In this document: one piece after another, positions 1-8,894 of the stretch | Position numbering within the stretch: position 1 is the first letter of the stretch | Layout: every line of letters begins with the position of its first letter | Assembly (NCBI GenBank): GCA_022824835.1 | Contig: JAJDZB010000023.1 | Location: forward strand, 14,461-78,460 | DNA length: 64,000 nucleotides | Reading direction: 5' to 3' | Origin: Candidatus Poribacteria bacterium | GTDB lineage: Bacteria; Poribacteria; WGA-4E; WGA-3G | Program-made: the position numbers and the translations under genes | Notes under the pieces: model-generated | Databases searched by the model: none | What the model was told of the DNA's origin: nothing | What the model saw: the letters and a program-made list of their open reading frames with translations, nothing else

Positions 1-298
1 CACGACTGAATTCGTTATTCTCTGCGCGTACACCGTTTTTTGACATACGCTCTTGTAGTTCTTCCGCTGGAATAGGTGTACCAGTTAATCCTATCTCTTC
101 AAATATGCTTTCAATGATCTTCGCGTTTTCCTGTTTGTTGGAAGCATAAAATGCGATTACTTCCTCACCAGACTTAAAATTCTTCTTGGGTTCATAATGA
201 GCATTCAAAAGTATGTCAATTTGTTGTCTTATATCCAACAATCCTTTCTCAAGTTGATCTAATCGTTTTGCAATAGATTCAATTTCTGTATTCTGCAT
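1..298 (-). CDS. Hypothetical protein, C-terminal part; the gene continues beyond the window start
   Basis: Open frame on the minus strand running to position 1. ATG at 296-298 is preceded by a GGGAGA Shine-Dalgarno site. The hydrophilic, coiled-coil-like product has no motif I recognise. Confidence 0.35.
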   Translation of the reverse strand, partial: MQNTEIESIAKRLDQLEKGLLDIRQQIDILLNAHYEPKKNFKSGEEVIAFYASNKQENAKIIESIFEEIGLTGTPIPAEELQERMSKNGVRAENNEFSR

Positions 299-565
299 CG
301 TAATATCTCCCTTCGATTTCACATAATCTATTTTTCTAATTTAATCCTAATATCGGTATTGACACCTTATTTGAATCTGACGTTTGTAGTAGCATAAAGT
401 ATTGGGCGTTCTTTGCGATATACGTGCAATTTATCGTGAAATCCAATTTTTTGCATAAGTCTTGCTATAGTATCAATTGCGTTCCTATCTGATTATACCA
501 CATCCCAAGGAATCATACCTCTAAGAATAATACATAACGCTCTATATCCATAGGCATATAGCAAT

Positions 566-1480
566 TTACGGCCAAGCTGTCTTGTAGTATCCCGTCAAAT
601 TTATTTCTTGACCAAAGGATAAATACATTATAACCCAGGTTGTGGGTTCAAATACACAACCACATGAACGAAGAGATTCTTCATACATTCCTCCCTCTGC
701 TGTTTGCCAAGCACGAGGTGCCAGTATTGCAGCCTGGACTGATGCAATAACTTCCATCGGATCTTCATCTGGCACGATAGGATCACGAATTAATCCGTGT
801 GGGTGATGTTCTGAAGGTTCATCCCATCTCGAATAACCGACAATATTCTGACCATGACGTAAAATTCGATAACCACTCATGTTGTACTGATGCACTTTAA
901 TGAATCTACGTTTTTTGACAATATCTTGCCGAACACACTCAATAGGAAAAATCTGTTTTGCCCATCTTTCATCCAATTGAGGTAAAATACTTAAGTCATT
1001 TAAATTGACAAGAGTCCATTTGAGTCGTGATGAATTTGGGCAAGGTGGAATTTGTGTCCCTAATTCTCTTGTAAACATATTATATCCGATCTTTTGATAC
1101 AATCCTATAGCTGCTTCTTCATCCGTATCAAGAATACTTCCCCGATATTCTTCTCGCTGGAAATATGAATGCAGTTCATGCATCAAGCGGGTTGCGATAC
1201 CTCGGCGACGCATGTCTGGATCAACAAAGACATGGGATACCCATCCGAATTTTTGAATTTTGCCCTCAATGTGCAAAGGAATAGGTTCACCGAGAACGTG
1301 CCCTACGACCCTTTCGTTGATAAGTGCTAAACGAATTGCTTCTGGTTCAATTTCAACATGCCAATCCTGAAACTTCGTTCGATAAGAGTCTTCACAGACT
1401 TGTTCAGCAGGGACTAACAATTTCAGAATTGCGTCATCATCACCAGGCTGCCAATGACGGTAAGTCAATGTATCTTTCAT
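566..1480 (-). CDS. GNAT-family N-acetyltransferase with a C-terminal domain of unknown function
   Basis: The ORF track gives 566..1822, but the first 114 codons translate repeat DNA (low-complexity junk). The plausible start is the ATG at 1478-1480 (MKDTLTYRHWQ), preceded by AAAGGA. The acetyl-CoA-binding motif HVFVDPDMRRRGIATRLM is present. Confidence 0.6.
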   Translation of the reverse strand: MKDTLTYRHWQPGDDDAILKLLVPAEQVCEDSYRTKFQDWHVEIEPEAIRLALINERVVGHVLGEPIPLHIEGKIQKFGWVSHVFVDPDMRRRGIATRLMHELHSYFQREEYRGSILDTDEEAAIGLYQKIGYNMFTRELGTQIPPCPNSSRLKWTLVNLNDLSILPQLDERWAKQIFPIECVRQDIVKKRRFIKVHQYNMSGYRILRHGQNIVGYSRWDEPSEHHPHGLIRDPIVPDEDPMEVIASVQAAILAPRAWQTAEGGMYEESLRSCGCVFEPTTWVIMYLSFGQEINLTGYYKTAWP

Positions 1481-1920
1481 ATATATCCTTTCATCTACAT
1501 AAGCTTTCTCGTTATAAACACCTATATGGATGCATCTAATGAAAAAAGGAATCAAAATAAAGAAAGGAATCAAACCTCTATGAATAATACACAACGTTCC
1601 AAAACAGAATCTGCTAAAACCAGTCGTTGATTTCGTTAAATAGCTTGAAAACGACTTTATCTTACCAAACACCCCTCCGCGTAACCCGCGTAATCCGCGA
1701 TTCAGAAGCTGTAGCACATTCATCCTTGATTGTGCTATAAAATGGTAGATCCCTAAAAATGACAAAAAATCCAAATAATCGATGATAAAACCTTGAAAAA
1801 GCAAAATTCTATACAAGGACACCCAAATTTGCGTAATTCCTGTTTCTTTTAAAAATAACCTTCAGATGTGCCAGAAACACCTTCCGCGCCCATCTATGCC
1901 AGTTTTGTTAACTGGGGCAT

Positions 1921-1953
1921 GTCCTCCGCGTAATCCGCGATTACGCGGAGGAC
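1921..1953. repeat. Perfect 14-bp-arm inverted repeat (GTCCTCCGCGTAAT-ccgcg-ATTACGCGGAGGAC)
   Basis: Seen directly in the sequence. A related degenerate copy, CCTCCGCGTAACCCGCGTAATCCGCGATT, lies at ~1671-1700. Confidence 0.7.
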
Positions 1954-2074
1954 ATGGAAGGGGTTTCTGGATCATTATATGACTTTGATCGGTTACAAAG
2001 CAGCACTATCTGGAAGAATGTGCTACGGCAAGGTATTATATTTCTCCCAGTTAAGTGGCAAAAACATCACGCAT

Positions 2075-2270
2075 CCGTTTAGATACATAGCACTCCGCTG
2101 GAGTGCAGCTCATTGACAATCCTTTTTCTATAGACATTTTGCTCCGCTGGAGCAAGGGGGCAGCGATCCTTTTTCTTAAGGGACAAAAACTTTACATACC
2201 CCTGATCGGCTACAAAGAAGCACAATCTAACAGAATGGGCTACAAAGAGGCACAATCTAACAGAATGTAC
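2075..2270. repeat. Cluster of dispersed short repeats
   Basis: Two reverse-orientation copies of the GCACTCCAGCGGAGTGC-TATGTCTATAGAAA hairpin repeat (~2086-2106 and ~2125-2158). Then GGGACAAAAACTTTACATACC (2180-2200). Then a 2x tandem of GGCTACAAAGA[A/G]GCACAATCTAACAGAATG (2208-2266), which is the reverse complement of the dispersed GTAGCACATTCTGTTAGATTGTGC repeat. Confidence 0.7.
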
Positions 2271-2416
2271 ATTATTTGGGAAGGTATTGAATGTTTAGTG
2301 ACAAAAACTTTACACACGCGACTGTATTATATATTTGCATTCATCTCCAAATTATGCTAATATAAATACAAATTTGAACGATAAAATGAAATAGTATTTG
2401 ATCGGTTTATCAAAAA

Positions 2417-3967
2417 ATGAAATACTTTACCTACTTCGGCAATCACCTTGTAAACGCAAAAATACCTGACAATTCAGAGGTGTTCTATGCCAAACCTCCG
2501 CTTCCAGGTATAAAGCGATCTGAACTCAGCGAACATACACAGCATGCTTTTGAAAATCCACTTAATATGGCACCATTAAGGGAGTTGGTAGATGGCAATT
2601 CTAAAGTGCTGATCCTATTTGACGACAACTGCCAACCTTTTCCACCAACCAAGAAACCTGACATGCGTCAGATAATGATTGAGACGCTTCTGAAACTTCT
2701 TTATGAATACGGTGTAGAAAAGAAAAACATTCAACTCATCTGTGCAGTAGCACTACACAGGAAGATGAAAGAGCATGAACTCACATTTATGTTGGGCAAA
2801 GACATTATGAACGAGTTCTATCCGCATCAACTTCGTAATTTTGATGCTGAAGATGCAGAACAGATAGTTGAGGTTGGGAAAACAGAACATGATGAAATCG
2901 TTGAGACAGACAAAGCTGCCCTTGATGTCGACCTGATTATATATGTGGACATGATACAGATTCCACTCAATGGAGGTCATAAATCTGTAGCAGTCGGATT
3001 AGGTACATATAACTCTATCGCGCCGCACCATTCACCACACATGACGTCAGAAAGTCCGCATGTGATGCAGCCAGAAGGTTCACACATGCATGCATGCATT
3101 GAGCGGATGAGTCGTCTTATACAGAAAGAGACTCCCATTTTTGTAATTGAAGCAGCCATGAACGGTGCTATCTATCCATTCCATCTTAAGTATGTTGGAA
3201 AACCGAACAGAGACTGTAATATTGCTGAAAAAATCATCAAGACTTTCACACCTGCAACACTGTCTATACTCCCTGAATCTGTAAGGTATAAAATCCTAAA
3301 GAGTGTGCAAACCGACTATGAACCGATGGCTGTCAATGGCGGTGATATTGATGCTGTTCACGCAAAAACACTCAAACTTATGAAAGATCAGTTAGCAATT
3401 GATATCCCTCGCCAATATAGCACGATGGTCTTTGGTCTGCCCGATATGAGTCCTTATGCAGTAGATGCTCGTATTAATCCCGTCTTAGTCGTAAGCGATA
3501 TTTTGGGATACGTATTTAACTGGTTCTATAATAAACCGATAATCAAGAAGGGTGGGGTTGTCATCATAATGAATCCTACTTATGAAATCTTCCATGAAGA
3601 GTATCACGTCGCCTATAGAATGTTCTATGATGAGGTGTTAGCAGATACAACTGAACCTTTTGAAATGCAAGAGAAATACCAAGAGAAATATGCTAAAGAC
3701 GAGTATCTGATTGACTGCTATAGAAACAGATATGCACATCACGGTTTTCATCCTTTTACGGTGTGGTATTGGGCAACCTATCCGCTGAAATACCTTTCGA
3801 AAGTCATTCTGGTTGGTCCGAAGGAACCGAGCGTTGCACAGCGGTTAGGTGTTGAATGGGCAAAAGACTTAAACGATGCACTGGCAATGGCCCGTGCCGT
3901 TTCAGGTGAAGATGATGTCGTCGCTTTGACAATGCCACCATTCTTCTATGCAAATGTGAAAGAGTAG
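2417..3967 (+). CDS. LarA-like (DUF2088 / lactate-racemase-family) protein
   Basis: 516 aa. His-rich central segments and overall size and composition recall the nickel-pincer LarA/DUF2088 family. The assignment is by pattern recall only. Upstream lies GTGACAAAAACTTTACAC...TATTATAT, a candidate promoter inside a repeat element. Confidence 0.35.
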   Translation: MKYFTYFGNHLVNAKIPDNSEVFYAKPPLPGIKRSELSEHTQHAFENPLNMAPLRELVDGNSKVLILFDDNCQPFPPTKKPDMRQIMIETLLKLLYEYGVEKKNIQLICAVALHRKMKEHELTFMLGKDIMNEFYPHQLRNFDAEDAEQIVEVGKTEHDEIVETDKAALDVDLIIYVDMIQIPLNGGHKSVAVGLGTYNSIAPHHSPHMTSESPHVMQPEGSHMHACIERMSRLIQKETPIFVIEAAMNGAIYPFHLKYVGKPNRDCNIAEKIIKTFTPATLSILPESVRYKILKSVQTDYEPMAVNGGDIDAVHAKTLKLMKDQLAIDIPRQYSTMVFGLPDMSPYAVDARINPVLVVSDILGYVFNWFYNKPIIKKGGVVIIMNPTYEIFHEEYHVAYRMFYDEVLADTTEPFEMQEKYQEKYAKDEYLIDCYRNRYAHHGFHPFTVWYWATYPLKYLSKVILVGPKEPSVAQRLGVEWAKDLNDALAMARAVSGEDDVVALTMPPFFYANVKE

Positions 3968-3974
3968 AGTCAAG

Positions 3975-4160
3975 CAAACAATTATAGTAAAACATACAAT
4001 TAATGAGGCATTCTTTAGCACAACCCTGGTAGGTTCGGTTTCCTAACCGAGCCGGCTTTGTGCCACTTGTGTTCATAAAGGTTTTCGCGTAGGATCTGGT
4101 TCGGTTAGGAAACCGAACCTACCGGCCTGGGAAAATCTGATTTATCAAACTCACGTTATA
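3975..4160. mobile_element. MITE-family copy 1, short variant in inverted orientation
   Basis: It ends with TTATCAAACTCACGTTA, the 17 bp terminal inverted repeat (TIR). It contains the internal palindrome GGTAGGTTCGGTTTCCTAACCGA...GGTTCGGTTAGGAAACCGAACCTACC shared with the copies at 39372-39600 and 54879-55076. The other end matches the fragment at 49741-49830. Confidence 0.6.
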
Positions 4161-4183
4161 CATCAAGCGTTATACGAAGGATA

Positions 4184-5779
4184 TTGAGATCAATGGCAAC
4201 AGACAAAAAACTCCCAACACAAGAAGAAATTGAAAAGGATTTCCAAGAGTTCTTCCAAAAAAAATACGGGGACGGTGTAAGTGTTCGTCTCGGATATGTA
4301 GGTGGACAACAAGCAACTTCTGAACAATCGGAAGCAGAAATACCGGAGCCACAGAAAACCTTCGACCTAAAATTTGACCTTAAACCGAAGGATATTAAGA
4401 AATACCTGGATAGGTATGTCATCAAACAGGATGAGGCAAAGAAAGCACTGGCAATTGCTGTGTGTGATCATTACAATCATGTCCGAGAGTGCCATGAAAA
4501 TCCTGACGCTACCGATACCGACTATTCCAAACAGAACATTGTCATGCTCGGTCCAACGGGTGTAGGTAAAACATACCTAATAAGACACATCGCTAAGCTG
4601 ATCGGTGTTCCTTTTGTCAAAGCGGATGCCACACGTTTTAGTGAAACAGGTTATGTCGGTGCAAATGTTGATGACCTAATACGTGAACTGGTGGCACAAG
4701 CGGAAGATAACCTGGAATTAGCACAATACGGTATCATCTATCTGGATGAAGCTGACAAAATCGCCACACCCCCAAATATCATAGGTCGAGATGTCAGCGG
4801 TCGAGGTGTTCAGATTGGACTCCTTAAGTTGATGGAAGAAACTGAAGTTGACCTCAACGGAGGAAACGATGTCGCATCACAAATGCGGGCAGTTATGGAA
4901 TTTCAGAAACGGGGAAAAGTTGATAAACAGATAATAAACACACGACATATCCTCTTTATCATCAGCGGTGCTTTCACAGGTATGGAAGATATTATCAAAA
5001 AGCGTATGCATCAGAGTAGAATCGGTTTTAATGTAGAAATTACAAGTCAAAAGGATGCTGCTGCAGAGTATTTCGCGCATGTCACACCCAAAGACTTTAT
5101 CGACTTCGGTTTTGAACCAGAATTTATCGGTAGACTCCCCGTACACGTCGTTTGTACGGAATTAGAAGTTGAAGACCTATTTCACATATTGAAACACTCT
5201 GAAGGGTCCATTATCCGACAATATGAAAGTGCTTTCAGGTCTTACGGGATTAATGTACTCTTTTCAGACAATGGTTTAGAAAAAATCGCAGAAAAAGCGA
5301 TTGAACAGAAAACCGGCGCACGCGCGTTGATGACCGTCTGTGAGAAAGTTCTACGGAACTATAAGTTCGAACTGCCATCTACAGGGGTTGTAGAGTTTGT
5401 AGTGACATCTAAGGTAGTTGATACACCAGATGAAGAACTCAAGAAAATCATGAGTGATCCTGAATATAACAGGGCATGTGTCATGAAAGAACAGATACGT
5501 AGATATGAATCAAAATTCCATGCAGACCACGACCTGAAAATTGAATTTGATGCCGAAGCAATTGAAGCAATCTGTCAGAGTGCTATCAAACAGGAACTCT
5601 CCATTCAACAGATTTGCGATGAGATTCTTAAAAGCTATCAACACGGGTTGAACCTAATTAAGCAGAATACAGGACAGACATCGTTCAGTTTGCCAAAACA
5701 GGTCGTGGATAATCCTGATCCCATACTTGAGAAATGGATTCGTGATTCTTATCACACCAAAGATGAAATAAAGGAATAA
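4184..5779 (+). CDS. ClpX-like AAA+ unfoldase lacking the N-terminal zinc-binding domain, with a C-terminal extension
   Basis: Walker A GPTGVGKTY, pore-1 loop GYVG, Walker B/sensor IIYLDEADKI and LDRYVIKQDEAKKALAIAV all match ClpX. The N-terminus has no C4 zinc finger and no clpP is adjacent. Confidence 0.65.
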   Translation: MRSMATDKKLPTQEEIEKDFQEFFQKKYGDGVSVRLGYVGGQQATSEQSEAEIPEPQKTFDLKFDLKPKDIKKYLDRYVIKQDEAKKALAIAVCDHYNHVRECHENPDATDTDYSKQNIVMLGPTGVGKTYLIRHIAKLIGVPFVKADATRFSETGYVGANVDDLIRELVAQAEDNLELAQYGIIYLDEADKIATPPNIIGRDVSGRGVQIGLLKLMEETEVDLNGGNDVASQMRAVMEFQKRGKVDKQIINTRHILFIISGAFTGMEDIIKKRMHQSRIGFNVEITSQKDAAAEYFAHVTPKDFIDFGFEPEFIGRLPVHVVCTELEVEDLFHILKHSEGSIIRQYESAFRSYGINVLFSDNGLEKIAEKAIEQKTGARALMTVCEKVLRNYKFELPSTGVVEFVVTSKVVDTPDEELKKIMSDPEYNRACVMKEQIRRYESKFHADHDLKIEFDAEAIEAICQSAIKQELSIQQICDEILKSYQHGLNLIKQNTGQTSFSLPKQVVDNPDPILEKWIRDSYHTKDEIKE

Positions 5780-5787
5780 ATCCGACT

Positions 5788-6543
5788 ATGAACACTTCAC
5801 AACAGAAACCATCGCGCCCAGAACCTTTAGACTTGAGAGAAGTCGGCACACCGATTGATGACAAACCGCAGGTAAGCGATAAACGACTCTTTTTTCAACT
5901 CCACGTTTTTTCGGATTGTTACCATCCAGAAGTTTTTATTGAGCATATCCAAAAGAGCAAATACAGTCCACTCGGTGCCGTTTTCTACGATGATTTAAAT
6001 AATCCTACAGGTTTCGGCGTGCTTCTTGGGGCACCGGATCCAGCATCCTTGTTGGATCAATCGCTTGTATTACGCGATATGCAACGCAAATTCGATCATG
6101 AGATCTCATATCGTCCAGAGATGACGATGATCGGTCGCACGTATTCAAGTGGAAGAGAACCTGATTTGGAAGAATGGCTCATCAACAGACCGATAAGGAA
6201 TGTTTTCAATCCAGAATTTCCCTGGGCAATCTGGTATCCTCTTCGCAGAAAACCGGAATTCTATCAACTTGAACAACGTGATCGTGGTAGAATCTTAGGT
6301 GAACACGCGTTGCTCGGTAGAAGTTATGCTGCTGGTGGATACGCAAGTGATATCCGATTAGCATGCTTCGGGTTAGATACAAACGACAACGAATTCCTTA
6401 TCGGGTTAGTCGGTCCAGAACTATATCCATTATCACGACTCATTCAAGATATGCGCCAAACAGAACAGACAACCAAATACATCGAATCCCTCGGTCCCTT
6501 CTTTATCGGCAAGGTGCGGAAGCGATGGGTGAATGAATCCTAA
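5788..6543 (+). CDS. Chlorite-dismutase-family (Cld/HemQ-like) haem protein
   Basis: 251 aa with ILGEHALLGRSYA...DIRLACFGLD, the pattern typical of the Cld/ChdC fold. It starts 9 bp after the clpX-like gene. Confidence 0.45.
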   Translation: MNTSQQKPSRPEPLDLREVGTPIDDKPQVSDKRLFFQLHVFSDCYHPEVFIEHIQKSKYSPLGAVFYDDLNNPTGFGVLLGAPDPASLLDQSLVLRDMQRKFDHEISYRPEMTMIGRTYSSGREPDLEEWLINRPIRNVFNPEFPWAIWYPLRRKPEFYQLEQRDRGRILGEHALLGRSYAAGGYASDIRLACFGLDTNDNEFLIGLVGPELYPLSRLIQDMRQTEQTTKYIESLGPFFIGKVRKRWVNES

Positions 6544-6557
6544 ATCAAAAAGCAAAA

Positions 6558-7280
6558 ATGAGAAATATACTTGCAGTCTGCACAAAAGAACTCTATACCT
6601 ACTTTGTATCTCCGATTGCATATTTTGTCATTATCGTGTTTTCAGCACTATCAGGCTTCATTTTCTCGGTCTGGTTAATAACCTACTCAGGAAAGATTCC
6701 AGGGGCAGATGTAATGCAAGTTGTATTCGGAAATCTCGCAATTATTCTGCTCTTTTTCACACCTGTATTAACAATGAAACTCTTCGCGGAAGAAAGAAAA
6801 TCAGGCACGATTGAATTACTGCTCACTTCTCCAATAACGGATGCTCAAGTCGTTTTAGGAAAGTTCCTCGCAAGTTGGACCCTCGTTCTGATTATGCTCG
6901 GATTTACACTCCTATTCCCATTCTTAACTTCACGGTTTGGACCCTTAGACATAGGTGTACTATGCAGTGGATATCTCGGTCTTATACTTATCAGTTCCTG
7001 TTTCCTTGCATTCGGTCTTCTCATGTCCTCAATGAGCAAAAATCAGATCGTTGCAGCCTTAACCAGCTTCGGTTTTTTTTTGACGCTATGGGTAATAGGC
7101 ATTCTGTCAAATAAATCAGGTTACATCGGTAAAATGTTAAGCTATCTCTCTTTTCTTGACCATTACAACGATTTTGCTCGCGGCGTTATCAAACTGAATG
7201 ATGTTATATATTATCTCAGTTTTTTAGGTGTATGTCTCTTCAGCACATTCAAATCAATTGAATCTTCAAAATGGAGATAG
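6558..7280 (+). CDS. ABC-2-type transporter permease (GldF-like)
   Basis: 240 aa with six predicted transmembrane helices. Its N-terminus, MRNILAVCTKELYTYFVSPIAYFV, is typical of the ABC-2/GldF family. It is directly followed by a GldG-like gene. Confidence 0.6.
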   Translation: MRNILAVCTKELYTYFVSPIAYFVIIVFSALSGFIFSVWLITYSGKIPGADVMQVVFGNLAIILLFFTPVLTMKLFAEERKSGTIELLLTSPITDAQVVLGKFLASWTLVLIMLGFTLLFPFLTSRFGPLDIGVLCSGYLGLILISSCFLAFGLLMSSMSKNQIVAALTSFGFFLTLWVIGILSNKSGYIGKMLSYLSFLDHYNDFARGVIKLNDVIYYLSFLGVCLFSTFKSIESSKWR

Positions 7281-7283
7281 GAT

Positions 7284-8894
7284 ATGACCGATAAGAAAAT
7301 GATTGGACCCGTATTCGGTTTTCTAACTCTATTTTTCTGCTTCTTATCAGTAGCTTGTGTTTTCCTGAGCACATGGCATGTCTTTTGGATATGTTTAGTT
7401 CTGTTCGTTACATCACTGTCAATATTCGTTGTCATCCGATTGAATGAAATACGACTTTTTTTTCATAGTAGACAACTGCGATATGGCACTAATGTAGCAA
7501 TAAGTATTCTCGGTGTGATAGGGATCGCAATCTTCGTTAATGTAATTTTTGCCCAAAGGTTCAATAAGAGATTAGATTTAACAGTATTTAAACGCCATTC
7601 ACTCTCTGAACAGACAAAACAAATTCTTAAATCACTTGATAAAGAAATGAACATTATCGCATTCTTTACAGATACCAACCGTTCTATACCACAAGTTAAA
7701 CACCTATTAAATTTATACGCACATGAAACAAAGAACATCACAGTGTCTCTTATTGATCCTGACTATGAACACAACTTAGTTGCCAAATACGGTATTGAAA
7801 GAGATGGATATACAGTTTTTGACGATGGTGAAAGGTACGAAATAACGTCTATAGTCAGTGAGCAAGCATACACAAGCACTTTACTCAAGGTCATCAAGAA
7901 TGAGACGAAGAGAGTTTATTTTCTGACCGGACACGAAGAACGCAGCATTGATGACTTCAGTAGGAAAGGGTATCAACAGGTAAAAACGGAATTACAGAAA
8001 ATCAATTACGAAGTCCTCTCACTTTCACTCTTAAGAGAACAACAGATACCTACGGATTGTGATGCACTTGTTGTCGCTGGTCCAACCAAACCGTTAAGAA
8101 AGGATGAGATAGAAACAATTGAAAGATATTTAGACAGAAGCGGTAAGATGCTGTTATTATTGGACCCTTCACATAATTCTCCTATAGACGTGAATGATGG
8201 TCTGGTCCAGCTTATGAAGAAATGGGGCGTGAAGGTAGGGAATGACTTAGTTCTTGATAGGGTAAATGCGTTTCTATTATCGGGGGGACCAAGTGCTTTG
8301 GCTTTACAGATTGAACCCCATGAAATAACCCGTAATTATATGCAATTACAGACACCTTTTGTCTACTGCCGATCCGTCACACCGCTACAAGAAATACCCG
8401 ATAATTTAAGTGTTAAAACCATAGCAAAAACAAAGAGTCCAAAAGGTGTCAGTTGGGCAGAAACGGAACGTCAAGCAGATGGCAGCTTCAGTAATAATGG
8501 GTACACACCGAATGTAGATATCCCCGCGCCCGTTTCTGTTGCTGTTGCAGTTGAAACGGATATAAGTGGTACAACGGCTGATAAAGAACTATCAACACCG
8601 ACACGCATTGTTGTCATCGGAGATTCAGATTTTGCTTCAGATGCGTTTTTTGCATCAAACAATCCTAATGTCCCTGCATATCCGCCTATTTTTAACGCTA
8701 TCGTAAACTGGTTGACATTAGAAGATGATCTTGTCACCATCACTGAGACTGATCCCAGCAAACGCAATTTGCGCAGTCTAAATAACCATCAAGCGCGACT
8801 TGTTCAAATACTATCAGTGTTTCTCATACCTCTAATTGTATTTAGCACAGGAATAGTTGTGTGGTGGTTACGGAGAGAAGGAGGTACAGGGTGA
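7284..8894 (+). CDS. GldG-like ABC-transport-associated protein
   Basis: 536 aa with N- and C-terminal transmembrane segments around a large extracytoplasmic domain. This is the usual partner of an ABC-2 permease, and the start is 3 bp after the permease stop. Confidence 0.55.
   Translation: MTDKKMIGPVFGFLTLFFCFLSVACVFLSTWHVFWICLVLFVTSLSIFVVIRLNEIRLFFHSRQLRYGTNVAISILGVIGIAIFVNVIFAQRFNKRLDLTVFKRHSLSEQTKQILKSLDKEMNIIAFFTDTNRSIPQVKHLLNLYAHETKNITVSLIDPDYEHNLVAKYGIERDGYTVFDDGERYEITSIVSEQAYTSTLLKVIKNETKRVYFLTGHEERSIDDFSRKGYQQVKTELQKINYEVLSLSLLREQQIPTDCDALVVAGPTKPLRKDEIETIERYLDRSGKMLLLLDPSHNSPIDVNDGLVQLMKKWGVKVGNDLVLDRVNAFLLSGGPSALALQIEPHEITRNYMQLQTPFVYCRSVTPLQEIPDNLSVKTIAKTKSPKGVSWAETERQADGSFSNNGYTPNVDIPAPVSVAVAVETDISGTTADKELSTPTRIVVIGDSDFASDAFFASNNPNVPAYPPIFNAIVNWLTLEDDLVTITETDPSKRNLRSLNNHQARLVQILSVFLIPLIVFSTGIVVWWLRREGGTG

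Noticed and set aside
1481-1822. N-terminal 114 codons of the 418-aa ORF 566..1822
   Set aside because: They translate through repeat DNA (a copy of the dispersed 29-mer and CCGCG hairpin motifs), giving low-complexity sequence. A good ATG with a Shine-Dalgarno site at 1480 starts the genuine GNAT domain.
2103-2360. 85-aa ORF
   Set aside because: It is composed of tandem and dispersed repeat units. The translated tandem repeat (GYKEAQSNRM x2) simply mirrors the DNA repeat.
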